From assembly GCA_024277855.1 (NCBI GenBank), contig JAJRUJ010000113.1:8889-72888 (forward strand): a stretch of 64,000 nt of DNA, in the 5' to 3' direction. The first letter of the stretch is position 1. The number at the start of each line of letters is the position of its first letter. Source of the DNA: Candidatus Zixiibacteriota bacterium (GTDB lineage: Bacteria; Zixibacteria; MSB-5A5; WJJR01; JAJRUJ01). Below, piece by piece: positions 49,501 to 58,585 of this stretch. The notes under the pieces were generated by a model. The model was not told the origin of the DNA, ran no database searches, and saw only the letters and a program-made list of their open reading frames with translations. Both the position numbers and the translations under genes were made by a program.

Positions 49501-49503
49501 CAC
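43540..49503 (-). CDS. Giant hybrid-type sensor histidine kinase (1987 aa) with an N-terminal GAF domain and ~10 or more PAS domains
   Basis: Repeated PAS signatures, HisKA (LSHDLKTPLISI) and HATPase_c (GxGxGL) at the C-terminus. Confidence 0.9.
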   Translation of the reverse strand: MSEPSPQSSSSENNSSCGSDAQNPAGWICDVLWHVTRKIQSVASPDEVLSLIAEAIAEAGLYVRAVLTLHDDQGKIIAIGHHGIPDDIIAAARNGPRLSLEKRQAIFAAAVKVSESYFLPAEANVEFADEGRHVAVQPGGGNTGSWQSDDQLFVPIFNLSRDTVGYASVDTPVDGSRPDEATVRRLELFVHLAAEALERVSTKEKLVDTEERFQDLLANTEEVIYRVDFSRGKVEYVNPAIERLTGWTVEEMTSTPLDELVNELIHPDDIPLFYGNLQADSGPRDGRQKNRQYRVLHRDGSVRWVMVERVVTYDANRRPIAVEGTMHDVTEQKLAADALLESEEKFRTLSYNIPGMIYRGNPDWSTDFISNTEAICGYPPEEFLGEKRSWIDLVHPEDRDSVLNAAKELESIQKSIVQQYRIFTREKAVRWVEDHKTSRFDEQGNFLGIDGVLFDVTDRVLASEALRRSELRFRELADLLPQTVFELDLEANIVYTNRAGLEAFGYTQADVDAGVSAFDLFVEGDQRRLRENFQKIITSGESSDHEYTAIRSDGTQFPVLISSTSIIRDGRPVGARGLVIDLTERHEAAAQLRESEETARALLNAATESMILLDREGTILTLNETAAGRMGRSVDELVGKKIQEQLNDLYPPLAAKSRLENVEKALHSGKVLRCEESRGGDIYDAIYYPILDSDGQVVRLAIFALDITERVLGEEALEEAEERYRSLQSNLPVGVFRSTPEGEVIYMNPAMVQMYGYDSLEEMVRQPVTDLYCDPRDRITMLSLLSTHGSVENYVCKMRCKDGSTRWVSCSMQATKDDLGNIDYIDGIDIDITQQKIAEESVKQSERRYQELFDSLQEGIGIVDEHEVIEFCNPAFAKIFGIDDPESMMGTSLFSYVPEDQHALILAETAKSRKNEKLQYELDIVTPAGAHKNILASISPRFADNGDYLGAFSSVLDITELKTTEDELRESESRFRLLAEQNLLGILIMQDDRLQYANQAAAAIIGYSIDELLALSPRQVFVDLVHPDDREFVGGQARKKQDGEQADIITHYSYRIVPGGGKQKWIDQYSKTVEYRGRPANLITITDITERRLAEEELRKFKTISDRASYGMAIVDLDGNIQYLNSEFAGMHQYTPEELIGENLTVFHAPEQLGFVYALNTRLERDGFYVAEEVWHVRKNGEVFPTLMSATIITDDKGVPQFLSATAIEISELVQARKALEDREEQFRTFAENIAGVVFTYDEYPDGHRVPLYIGPGIEKIAGLATAKRIRNNLDDYFSLILAEDLQALQAASDAARASGELLDHEYRLRTDDGKTHWVRTIAKIVKQDGEIIRWQGQVLDITSQKEAELALRENEARYHNLFENSPAGIFRMNIDATAFLTVNPAGAAMVGRTIDEFLATPPDELWIDPTHRERLRKRLLREGSIADKEIALKLPDGTERIFLHSLKLYPEFGYVEGTAIDITERKQAETLLHESEERFRTIATAIPIPLAITGLQDGEILFANDQLCSTYGCSSEEVLKLNAKDLYHDVGNRQKFIEMLERGEPIRNHEILGKRSDGSSFWCLLSLDKVTFAGQPALLGALMDITERKKALDQLMESEQTARALLNSTPDSAFLLKTDGTILALNERGAAQLGGSIEELSGMNVFDFFPPEVAKSRRAYRDTIIETRQPIAFRDESGGRKFVSNIYPLFDADGVIDRFAVAVRDVTEREEMLEQLRRQGRDLDRANTELSELVQKLEVENLRASELAAQFQTKNRELELLVSTLSHDLKTPLISIRELIKKFMRLQEAVLDDKTRPLGERISANADIMLRLVEGLLDYSKIGDYLKRIDEIDLRPLLEDLWEQVDDRFAHRRAVFHCPGQSQTCRTTRIGLERVLLNLLSNAVAHVPPDRRPEVEVDWQVSPEFLTIAVADNGPGIPESKREDIFKLFHRAAGRRVEGAGIGLAVVKKIVDTLKGSVTVSAGDKGGAVFKVTLPIPESPSGQAQV

Positions 49504-49531
49504 AAATACTCACCCTTACAACAGCGCCCCT

Positions 49532-50056
49532 TCAGCAAATCGGTCCGGCGCCGGTGGTCGCCAACATACGACCGGCGCGACGGGCAATCAACCGAAAGCT
49601 GTTGGTCTTCCGCATTATTTCAACCGGGTAATCTCTGCTGATTCGCTGGCTCAAGGCCTTGCTGTAAAAGGAAGTCATCATCAGGACGGGAAGCCGGCGG
49701 CCCCGTCGGCAAATCTGATCAATAACCCATAGGCCGTCATGTTTGGGTAATCGGTAATCCAGGATGAGCAAATCGAAATCACTATTCTGGACTCGCCTGA
49801 GGCATTCTTCAGGAGTTTTTGCTATCTCGGTCACCACGCCGATATCTGTTTCGAGATAATCGACGATGGTCTCAATGTGGTCGGAATTGTCGTCGGTCAC
49901 CAAGACACGTTTCCCCTGATGGGGCGTTCGTGAGCTGATTACAGACAGATCCCCTCTGAGTATCCGATCAACGACCGCAGAGAATTTCTGCGGGGACAAC
50001 CCCTGCAACGAGAGGGGATGCCACCGTGTTTTGGGCGGATATCCGCTTTTGGCCAT
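49532..50056 (-). CDS. Single-domain response regulator (REC) with an unusual ~58-aa N-terminal extension
   Basis: KRVLVTDDNSDH...DLLILDYRLP receiver motifs. Lies immediately downstream of the kinase. Confidence 0.75.
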   Translation of the reverse strand: MAKSGYPPKTRWHPLSLQGLSPQKFSAVVDRILRGDLSVISSRTPHQGKRVLVTDDNSDHIETIVDYLETDIGVVTEIAKTPEECLRRVQNSDFDLLILDYRLPKHDGLWVIDQICRRGRRLPVLMMTSFYSKALSQRISRDYPVEIMRKTNSFRLIARRAGRMLATTGAGPIC

Positions 50057-50411
50057 AACATCCTCCGGAATGTTAACTCAGCCAACTCGCGACCGATGAC
50101 AGGATTTACACCGCGCGATTGGGTAACCTTGAAGTACGCCCAATTGTAAATTTACTATGAATATTAAAGATTGGCAAGAATTATCCACCGCGCTACACGC
50201 ATAATCCTCACCCAACAGCAACGCGTTTTCATTACCCTTAAAGCGTAACATGCAGGAGGATAAATACTTTACCCGACTTGTCCACTCTCGTATGACGTCC
50301 TGATTGGCGGCAACAGGCGGCGGGAATTGATCAACCAAAAGCCAAAACAGGCAAGAGTCGACGGGCATCGCGCCTATTGACTTCTGTTGATGGCGGGTCT
50401 TTTTTTCAGTA

Positions 50412-51269
50412 ATGGGCAGACAAACGAAAATTAAAGGGATCGTGCTGGCCGGTGGTCTCGGCCGGCGACTGGGAAGCCTGACCAAAATCACGAACAAACA
50501 TCTATTGCCGGTCTGGGACCGCCCGATGGTGTATTATCCTTTGCAGGCGCTGGTCGAGGCGGGGATTGAAGAAATAGTCCTCGTCGTTGGCGGTCGCCAC
50601 GCGGGTGAATTCATCCGGCTGTTGGGTGACGGGAAGTTTTTGGGGATCAAACGGCTGGTCTACGCCTATCAGGAAGGTCAGGGAGGCATTGCCGACGCGC
50701 TCGGACGCGCCCGTGATTTTTGTGCCGGCCAACGCGTTTGCGTGGTTTTGGGCGACAATTTGTTCGAGCGAAGTCTGAGGCCATACGTGGCGAAATTCTC
50801 ACGACAGGCCTCCGGCGCCCGGCTGCTATTAAAGAAAGTGCCCGACCCGGGGAGGTTCGGCGTGCCGGAATTGTCCGGTGGACGAATCGTCCGGATTATT
50901 GAAAAACCCCGGAAACCGGCTTCGCCTTACGCCGTCACCGGGATCTACTTTTACGATTCCAATGTCTTCGATATCATCGATTCCCTGTCGCCGTCCAAAC
51001 GCGGCGAACTGGAGATCGCCGATGTTTCCAATGATTATATCAAACGGAATGAACTGGAGTATGACATCCTGCCGGGCTGGTGGACCGACGCCGGCACCAT
51101 TCCATCTTTGCACCGGGCCGGAGAGTTGGCGGCGCGCACCTGGAAGAAACAACGTGGGATTTTTACAAACTCTGCGCCGTTACTCACCGATAAACAATGG
51201 GTCCGATCCAGCAATCGCCGGCTGTTTACCCAAGCCCCCGGATACAAAAAGGGACCGAGGAAACCATGA
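50412..51269 (+). CDS. rmlA: Glucose-1-phosphate thymidylyltransferase family
   Basis: KGIVLAGGLGRRL...YYPL signature of sugar nucleotidyltransferases; RmlA-like length. Confidence 0.75.
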   Translation: MGRQTKIKGIVLAGGLGRRLGSLTKITNKHLLPVWDRPMVYYPLQALVEAGIEEIVLVVGGRHAGEFIRLLGDGKFLGIKRLVYAYQEGQGGIADALGRARDFCAGQRVCVVLGDNLFERSLRPYVAKFSRQASGARLLLKKVPDPGRFGVPELSGGRIVRIIEKPRKPASPYAVTGIYFYDSNVFDIIDSLSPSKRGELEIADVSNDYIKRNELEYDILPGWWTDAGTIPSLHRAGELAARTWKKQRGIFTNSAPLLTDKQWVRSSNRRLFTQAPGYKKGPRKP

Positions 51270-51718
51270 TCGACGGCGTGCGTATTAAGGAACTTCTCGT
51301 ACACCCGGATGACCGGGGCCGGCTTTTCGAAATCTGGCGCGCTGATGACGATGGATTCTGCGGCTTTGGTCAGGTGTATGCGACTACCGCCTTCCCCGGG
51401 GTGATCAAGGCCTGGCATTTACACCGCAAGCAGACCGATTGTTTTACAGTCATCAATGGTCGGGCACTTTTTGGTCTCTTTGACGATCGCGCGGACTCCC
51501 CCACGTACGGTGAGATTCAGACGCTGGAGATCAGCAATACCCGGCGCCGGGCGATCCTGATCCCGCCGGGAATTTACCATGGCTTTAAAAACATCGGCGA
51601 TGCCGAACTCTGGTGTCTTAATTGTCCAAACCGGCCGTACGATGCGGCCAACCCGGACGAATACCGCCGCGATCCCTTTGATACCTCAATCGGATTCGAC
51701 TGGGAAATACGAGAATGA
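51266..51718 (+). CDS. rmlC: dTDP-4-dehydrorhamnose 3,5-epimerase family (cupin)
   Basis: HPDDRGRLFEIW...AWHLHRKQTDCFTVINGRA motifs. Overlaps the upstream stop by 4 nt. Confidence 0.75.
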   Translation: MIDGVRIKELLVHPDDRGRLFEIWRADDDGFCGFGQVYATTAFPGVIKAWHLHRKQTDCFTVINGRALFGLFDDRADSPTYGEIQTLEISNTRRRAILIPPGIYHGFKNIGDAELWCLNCPNRPYDAANPDEYRRDPFDTSIGFDWEIRE

Positions 51719-52737
51719 AACACCTCCTTGTCACCGGCGGTTTGGGGTTTCTCGGGTCAAATTTCCTGCGCTGGTATCACCGGCGGCATCGGCGGGTCAA
51801 ACTGACCAACATCGATTGCCTCACCTACGCCGCGGGAATAGATAACCTGGGCAATCTGCGCTCATCGCCCGAATACGAGGAACACCGGGTCGACATTACA
51901 AACGGACGGCGACTCCGGAGCGTCTGGCCCGATGATCCGGTTACCGTGGTCCATTTCGCCGCCGAAACCCATGTCGACCGGTCACTGCAGGACGCTCAGC
52001 CATTCGTGCGCACAAACATCCTGGGGATGCAAAATATCCTGGAGATGGCCCGTCGAAACCCCGTGCGCCGAGTGATTATTATTTCAACCGATGAGGTCTA
52101 TGGCGCCACTCCGGCCCGCGGCAAATTTCGCGAAGATCAACCCCTCGCGCCGACCAATCCGTATGCCGCCTCCAAAGCCGGGGGTGACTTGCTGGCCCTC
52201 GCGTATCGGCAGACATATAATCTGCCGATTAACATCCTGCGCTCGGTTAATGTCTACGGTCCTCGGCAATATCCGGAAAAATTCATCCCGTTATTCATTA
52301 CCAATGCGCTCAATGGCCGGGAGCTGCCGCTTTACGGCGACGGCAATCAACAACGGGACTGGTTGTGGGTTGAAGATTTCTGCGAGGCGGTCCGCCGACT
52401 GGTCAATGCCCCGCAACCGGAACATCCGATTTATAATATCAGTGCGGGGAATCAACAAAGAAATCGTGATGTCGCCAAAACCATCATGCGCCTGACTGAT
52501 TGCTCACCAGGCCAACTCCGTCCCGTCGCCGACCGTCCCGGGCATGATCGTCGCTATGCGTTGAACGACAGACACTTTCGCAAAGAATTCTCCTGGCGCC
52601 CAAAGACACCCTGGCCCGACGGGATCAGGAAGGTGACGGCCTGGTATCGAGCCAATGCCGCCTGGGTGAAAAAACGTCAGCGGCAATCATATCGTAGTTA
52701 TTATCGTAAGCAGTACCACTGGAGGTTCGATGAATAG
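51715..52737 (+). CDS. rmlB: dTDP-glucose 4,6-dehydratase
   Basis: TGGLGFLGSNF Rossmann motif and YAASKAGGD catalytic YxxxK. Confidence 0.85.
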   Translation: MKHLLVTGGLGFLGSNFLRWYHRRHRRVKLTNIDCLTYAAGIDNLGNLRSSPEYEEHRVDITNGRRLRSVWPDDPVTVVHFAAETHVDRSLQDAQPFVRTNILGMQNILEMARRNPVRRVIIISTDEVYGATPARGKFREDQPLAPTNPYAASKAGGDLLALAYRQTYNLPINILRSVNVYGPRQYPEKFIPLFITNALNGRELPLYGDGNQQRDWLWVEDFCEAVRRLVNAPQPEHPIYNISAGNQQRNRDVAKTIMRLTDCSPGQLRPVADRPGHDRRYALNDRHFRKEFSWRPKTPWPDGIRKVTAWYRANAAWVKKRQRQSYRSYYRKQYHWRFDE

Positions 52738-53629
52738 ACCGACTCTTGTTTTCGGCGCGACCGGACTGTTGGGCAGACACCTGATCCAACTCCTGCACCG
52801 CAAGGGGAAATTCCCGGTCGCGGTGGTACACAATCGCAAGGCAGCATTTCCTCCCGGCGTCCCCACTTTTAAGGCCGCCATCGCCGATGCGGAAAACGTC
52901 CGCAAAACTATCGCCCGCTTTCGACCGGAAGTCATCATCAACTGTGCCGCTTACACCGATGTCGACGGCTGTGAACGCGATCCGGACCGGGCAAGGCGAG
53001 TGAACACGGTCGGGGTGGAGAACATTGTCAAGGCCGCGACTGAACTTAACACGCGCCTGATTCAGATTTCCACGGACTATGTTTTTGACGGCGCCTCAGG
53101 CCCCTATGACGAAACCGCCCGGCCTCATCCAATCAACATCTATGGGAAAACAAAGCACGACGCCGAAACGGTTGTCCGCAATGCCGATATCAGCGCACTA
53201 ATCATCCGGGCGGCAAGTTTCATCGGAGCGGGAACCGAAAAACACCCCTGTTTCGTGGAGAAGATGATCTCGGCCCTGCGCTCGGGCACAACACTTCAGG
53301 CGCCGATCGACCAGATTGCCACCGTCGCCGACGTTCCCACGCTCGCCGAGTGCATCCTGGCGGCAGACAAACAGGATATCACGGGGCTACTGCATCTGGG
53401 CACGTCGGGGCCGATCTCCCGCTATGATTTGGCGGTTCTGGCCGCTGAAGTGTTCGGCCTTGACGAGTCATTGGTTGAGCCGGTCATGTATACCGACACC
53501 AAAAGGACAGCCGACCGGCCCTTGCAGGGCGGGTTGATCGTAAATCGAGCCGAGGGTTTGCTTGGGCGGGTGTTTCCCACCAACCGGGCGACATTGGAGA
53601 GACTGCGCGAAATCACCGTCGGAGTATAA
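52730..53629 (+). CDS. rmlD: dTDP-4-dehydrorhamnose reductase
   Basis: LVFGATGLLG Rossmann motif, ~300 aa; position in the rml operon. Confidence 0.8.
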   Translation: MNRPTLVFGATGLLGRHLIQLLHRKGKFPVAVVHNRKAAFPPGVPTFKAAIADAENVRKTIARFRPEVIINCAAYTDVDGCERDPDRARRVNTVGVENIVKAATELNTRLIQISTDYVFDGASGPYDETARPHPINIYGKTKHDAETVVRNADISALIIRAASFIGAGTEKHPCFVEKMISALRSGTTLQAPIDQIATVADVPTLAECILAADKQDITGLLHLGTSGPISRYDLAVLAAEVFGLDESLVEPVMYTDTKRTADRPLQGGLIVNRAEGLLGRVFPTNRATLERLREITVGV

Positions 53630-53638
53630 AACCCTGCG

Positions 53639-54826
53639 GTGGTCCCGAGACACACGACCGGGTCGGTAACGGACACCGATATGGATTATCTCGAACAGCC
53701 ATTTTGGTTTAAGGTTAAAAAAGTCCTGCGCTATGCCTCCCTTTATGGCGTCAATCGAACCTATTACAAAACACTCGGTCAACTGCACCTGCGACGAACC
53801 TACCGAACACTCCCCACCCAAAACACCAAACCGGACACTCGCCAATGGATCGGCCTGATCGGGTGCGGGAATTACGCCTATACGACAATCGCCTATTACC
53901 TGAATAAAGTATCTGGCCGCGCCATTGCCGCTTGCATGGACATCGACATCAACCGCGCGGCTTCGCTGGCCCAACGCTATCGTATTCCATGTTTTACCAC
54001 AGATGCCGAAGAAATTATCAACGCCGATAATATCCGCCTGATCTATATCGCATCAAATCATGCGACCCATGCTGAATATGCCATCGCCGCGTTGCAACGG
54101 GGCAAGAATGTCTACATCGAAAAACCGCATGTCGTGACAATGGATCAACTGCGTAGACTAAACGAGGCGGCAACCACGGCGGAAGGCCGGATATTTCTCG
54201 GATTCAATCGTCCGGGCAGCCGCTTTGGTCAAATTATCCAAGCGCACCTCAATGTTGAAAGCGGACCGGGGATGTACAACTGGTTCGTCGCCGGACATGA
54301 CATCGACCCCGGCCATTGGTATTTCCACCCGGCAGAAGGCGGCCGGGTCCTGGGGAACCTCTGCCACTGGACTGACTTCGTCCTGCGATTGGCGGGAAAC
54401 AATGCATTTCCAATTCGGATTAATCCAACACGCGCCAAGTCGAGTGATTCCGACATTGCGGTCACCTTCACGTTTGGCGACGGCACGATTGCGGCAATTA
54501 CTTTTTCGGCTAAAGGCCACACCTTTGAGGGAGTAAAGGAGAGTTTTCACGCTCACCGCGGCAATTGTCTCCTGAGCATGAAGGATTTCAAAACGCTGCA
54601 AATCGAAATCGGCGACAGTAAAAAACGATTCCACAATTTCTACCGCGATCATGGACACCGCCGAAACATCGTCTCTGCCGCAAACAACGTCATGGCCGGC
54701 GACCCTTATGACCGCAACGCAGAGATAACTCATCTGGCCAATACCGGATTATTATTTCTCAAGACCAAAGAGGCCCTTGACGGTAATAAAGAAATCATGA
54801 TCAAACCGTTCGGCGAAAATGAATAG
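53639..54826 (+). CDS. Gfo/Idh/MocA-family NAD(P)-dependent oxidoreductase
   Basis: IGLIGCGNYAYT Rossmann motif and a C-terminal alpha/beta domain. The start may be ATG ~53681. Confidence 0.7.
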   Translation: MVPRHTTGSVTDTDMDYLEQPFWFKVKKVLRYASLYGVNRTYYKTLGQLHLRRTYRTLPTQNTKPDTRQWIGLIGCGNYAYTTIAYYLNKVSGRAIAACMDIDINRAASLAQRYRIPCFTTDAEEIINADNIRLIYIASNHATHAEYAIAALQRGKNVYIEKPHVVTMDQLRRLNEAATTAEGRIFLGFNRPGSRFGQIIQAHLNVESGPGMYNWFVAGHDIDPGHWYFHPAEGGRVLGNLCHWTDFVLRLAGNNAFPIRINPTRAKSSDSDIAVTFTFGDGTIAAITFSAKGHTFEGVKESFHAHRGNCLLSMKDFKTLQIEIGDSKKRFHNFYRDHGHRRNIVSAANNVMAGDPYDRNAEITHLANTGLLFLKTKEALDGNKEIMIKPFGENE

Positions 54827-55130
54827 GATTTGACCACGCCGTCGCTTGAATAAAAATCGATCTGATGATAATTCTGCTGATATGCCGTTTTCGATTACTA
54901 TCTTAACCGCAGAGAAAAATATTCCCCTCGCAGGGACGATCTTTCCGGAATTGCGAAATCCCAGGTGAGACCGGCCAACAACACACCACTCAAAACCTGC
55001 CGTCCCCCAACACCTTCCACAAATCTCCATGCCCTCAACGCCGGCAGGCACTCCGCTTGCTAAATGATGGCTGTCGATTATGGCGACCGGCATGGACGCC
55101 GGTCTGAGGGGCCATGGGAAGGACAGACCG

Positions 55131-57401
55131 ATGGGAAGACGGTTGTGGCTGTTGTTGCTCGTTGCACTAATCATCATCCTCTATTGTATCTCGTGGAGAC
55201 CGGCATATTGCCAGTTGCCCGACACGGTGGAAATCCACGATTCGCCGGAGAATTACGTCCCCCCTCACGCTGCAGAAAACACCGCGCAGCGGGAGACAGA
55301 AACAACGCGTCAAATACCACGGCCACAGGCAGAGAACCTGCGGCCGTTTGGTTATGAAATATTCAGCGAGAATGCTCCGAGCTTCGACGCGGTCAATCAA
55401 TCGATCGCTCCCGATGATTATCGACTGGGCGCTGGCGACCAATTGCTCTTAAACACCTGGGGCCGGGTCGACCTGAATATCGAACTGATCGTTGATCGCG
55501 AAGGAAAAGTGTCAATCCCACGCGCCGGCGAGGTGACTGTCCACGGACAGACATTGTCCGAAGCCAAAGACCGGATCCGTCGAAAACTCCAGACAATATA
55601 TTCTGATTTTGAGCTTAGTCTCTTCCTGGGCCGCCTGCGCTCAATGACCGTATTCGCCGTGGGTGAGGTCCGCCGTCCCGGCGCCTATACCGTCAGCTCG
55701 CTGACCACCGTCTTTAATGCGCTGTACCAGGCCGGTGGACCGAATGAGCGCGGTTCGCTCCGGCAGGTTCGGCTAATGCGCGGCAACCGCCAGGTCGAGG
55801 AAATCGATTTTTATGATCTGATGCTCAGTGGTCGGCGCGGGTCCGATCCCCGGTTGCAACCCGGCGATATTATTTTTGTTCCGGTAGTCGGCCCTCGGGT
55901 AGCAGTCCGAGGCGAAATTAAACGCCCGGCTATTTATGAACTGAGAAATAACGAACGGTTGACCGACCTGTTTGCCCTGGCCGGCGGTCCGACCGCCGAG
56001 GCCTATCTCGCTCGCGTGATGATCGACCGGGTTGCAGAGCACGACGGCCGCCTCCTGTTGGATGTGGATTATACTGCGGCGCTCACTGATAAATCGACTG
56101 ATGTCATCCTCGCCGACGGCGACGATGTTTCTGTCTTTTCCATTTTCGATTCCCGGCCAAACACTGTCTGGCTGGAAGGGGCGGTCCGTCGGCCGGGCGC
56201 CTTTGAACGGACACCGGGCATGACCGTTTATGACTTAATTGACGGCGGCGACCGCCTGACCGGTGAGGCCTTTGTCGGGCGGGCCGACCTCGAACGCTCC
56301 GACGACGACGGAACGATTGAATTAATCCCGGTGGCCATCGGCGATCTGTGTGACGGTGAGGGCGAGTTGGACTTCACCCTGCAGGACGGTGATCGGTTGA
56401 TCGTCTATGACCGCGAACGCGTCCTGCGCAAATCGAAAGTACAAATCGACGGCCTGGTTGAACAACCAGGCGAGTATGACCTCCTTCGCTCGATGCGCCT
56501 GTCCGACCTGATCTTCCGGGCGGGAGGTCTCGGCAAAAACGCTTTCCTTGCTCGAGCGGAGATTGCCCGGAGGCATCCGGATGGGTCGCGTAAAATCCTG
56601 ACGGTTGATCTGGGGGACATTCTCATCCGCCATGACCTCGAAGAAGATATTATTCTCCGCGAAGACGATCACGTCTTCATTCGCGAAAACCCCGAAAGTC
56701 TCGGCTTCCCGATGGTCACGCTTGAATGGGCGGTGCTTTTCCCCGGGCGGTTTGCTCTACTCGAACCGACCGACGGCCTGTACGAATTGATTGATCGCGC
56801 CGGCGGACTGACCCCGCGCGCTTTCCCGCAAGGGACTCTTTTCATCAGGCAGAAAATATCCGATGACCTCAAACGACAAAACCTGAGCCAGGTACTGGCC
56901 CATTCCGAACCCATCGTACAGGATTCGAGCGGTTCTTTCATTCGGCAGCAACTATTACGGTTCGACCCCGAAGAGATGACCCGAATTGTCCTTGATGTGC
57001 CTTCAATTTTGAGCAACCAGGGCGGTGAAGAAGATATCATCCTGCAGGACGGTGACCATATCTTTGTCCCCGAGGTCCCCTCCGGTATCCAGCTGATGGG
57101 CGCCATTGCCTCTCCCGGAACAATCAAATACCACTCGAATTGGAAGGTCGGTCGTTACCTTGAGGAGGCCGGTGGCGTGACTTCGGCGGCAAACAAAAAA
57201 GAGATGCGGCTGATCCGCGCCAACGGACGGGTCATCTCGGGGGAAAATATCCTCGGCCGCAAGGCGAAACTCGGCGACGCCATTTTTGTCGCTTCCCGAA
57301 TTAAAAAAGAAAAAAACTGGCTGCCCTATCTCACCGGCACCGCCTCGGTCCTGGCGTCAGTGGCAACAACCTGGCTGTTAATCGACCGGATCGGAGAGTG
57401 A
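55131..57401 (+). CDS. Polysaccharide export protein (Wza-like; Poly_export + multiple SLBB domains)
   Basis: N-terminal signal/TM, repeated SLBB-like units (GDxLxI...P..G.V), and a C-terminal TM helix. Confidence 0.7.
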   Translation: MGRRLWLLLLVALIIILYCISWRPAYCQLPDTVEIHDSPENYVPPHAAENTAQRETETTRQIPRPQAENLRPFGYEIFSENAPSFDAVNQSIAPDDYRLGAGDQLLLNTWGRVDLNIELIVDREGKVSIPRAGEVTVHGQTLSEAKDRIRRKLQTIYSDFELSLFLGRLRSMTVFAVGEVRRPGAYTVSSLTTVFNALYQAGGPNERGSLRQVRLMRGNRQVEEIDFYDLMLSGRRGSDPRLQPGDIIFVPVVGPRVAVRGEIKRPAIYELRNNERLTDLFALAGGPTAEAYLARVMIDRVAEHDGRLLLDVDYTAALTDKSTDVILADGDDVSVFSIFDSRPNTVWLEGAVRRPGAFERTPGMTVYDLIDGGDRLTGEAFVGRADLERSDDDGTIELIPVAIGDLCDGEGELDFTLQDGDRLIVYDRERVLRKSKVQIDGLVEQPGEYDLLRSMRLSDLIFRAGGLGKNAFLARAEIARRHPDGSRKILTVDLGDILIRHDLEEDIILREDDHVFIRENPESLGFPMVTLEWAVLFPGRFALLEPTDGLYELIDRAGGLTPRAFPQGTLFIRQKISDDLKRQNLSQVLAHSEPIVQDSSGSFIRQQLLRFDPEEMTRIVLDVPSILSNQGGEEDIILQDGDHIFVPEVPSGIQLMGAIASPGTIKYHSNWKVGRYLEEAGGVTSAANKKEMRLIRANGRVISGENILGRKAKLGDAIFVASRIKKEKNWLPYLTGTASVLASVATTWLLIDRIGE

Positions 57402-58585
57402 GGATGGGCCGCCGTCGTCAAATCATCCTGGTCGCGGGTGCGCGTCCAAATTTCATGAAGATTGCCCCGATCCACCGGGCCTTAATGCGTGACCGGTCAT
57501 TCTTCGATGTGCGCATTGTCCATACCGGACAACATTATGACTATCAGTTGTCAAAAGTATTTTTTGACGAACTCAACCTCGCTGAACCGGATGTCTGTTT
57601 GGCGATCGGGTCGGACACCCAGGGCAGGCAAGTTGCGCGGACGATCATTGCCTTTGAGGATTACCTGCTGGCGCGCACCCCGGATCTGGTGCTGGTTGTC
57701 GGCGATGTCAACTCGACTATCGCCGCCGCCTTGACCGCCGCAAAACTCAACATCCCGGTGGCTCATGTCGAGGCCGGCCTGCGTTCATTCGACCGCCGCA
57801 TGCCCGAAGAAATTAACCGCATCGTGACTGATAGCATCTCCGAGATTCTCTATGCCCCCAGTATGGATGCGGTTGAAAATTTGCGCGCGGAAGGTGTCCC
57901 GGACAACAAAATCCACTTTGTTGGGAATGTAATGATCGACACCCTCAAGGGAGCCCTCCCGCGAATCGCCAATACCGAAATAATCAATCATCTTGGATTG
58001 ACATCCGGAGAATATCTCCTGTTGACCCTTCACCGTCCCGAGAATGTCGATTCGCCCCGGACGATTGATTTGGTTGCTGAATTGATCGAGCGGATTACCC
58101 GGAACCACACCCTGGTCTTCCCGCTTCATCCGCGTACGGCAGGACATTTGTCGTCGCTGCTGTCGAGAGACCGTTGGAGCAGGATTTCGGCCAATGCAAA
58201 CCTCCGCCTGATTGATCCGGTGGGCTATCTCGATTGTCTCTCACTGCAAAAAAACGCCCGCATCGTGCTGACCGATTCCGGCGGCATCCAGGAGGAAACC
58301 ACGGCTCTCGGCGTGCCGTGTTTGACTCTCCGGGAAAATACCGAACGGCCGGTCACCGTCGAGCTGGGCACCAATCAGGTCGTGGGGCTTAAACCCGAAC
58401 TTATCGACGAATTGATTAACCGGAATGACCTCCTCAATACGCAGCATGCGCTTCCGCCCCGCTGGGATGGACGGGCGGCAGATCGTATCGTGGAGCACCT
58501 TGCCGGTTATTTTGATTTCCCCAATTCCGACAGCGCCGGTCGTGACCTTCCGAAAAAGAAGCTGATGACGGCACCCACATCATGA
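57398..58585 (+). CDS. wecB: UDP-N-acetylglucosamine 2-epimerase (non-hydrolysing)
   Basis: ILVAGARPNFMKIAP...HTGQHYDYQLS...DSGG signature motifs. Confidence 0.9.
   Translation: MRMGRRRQIILVAGARPNFMKIAPIHRALMRDRSFFDVRIVHTGQHYDYQLSKVFFDELNLAEPDVCLAIGSDTQGRQVARTIIAFEDYLLARTPDLVLVVGDVNSTIAAALTAAKLNIPVAHVEAGLRSFDRRMPEEINRIVTDSISEILYAPSMDAVENLRAEGVPDNKIHFVGNVMIDTLKGALPRIANTEIINHLGLTSGEYLLLTLHRPENVDSPRTIDLVAELIERITRNHTLVFPLHPRTAGHLSSLLSRDRWSRISANANLRLIDPVGYLDCLSLQKNARIVLTDSGGIQEETTALGVPCLTLRENTERPVTVELGTNQVVGLKPELIDELINRNDLLNTQHALPPRWDGRAADRIVEHLAGYFDFPNSDSAGRDLPKKKLMTAPTS

Noticed and set aside
54827-55130. JUMPstart/ops (GGCGGTAG) element in the EPS intergenic gap
   Set aside because: The motif was not found by inspection.
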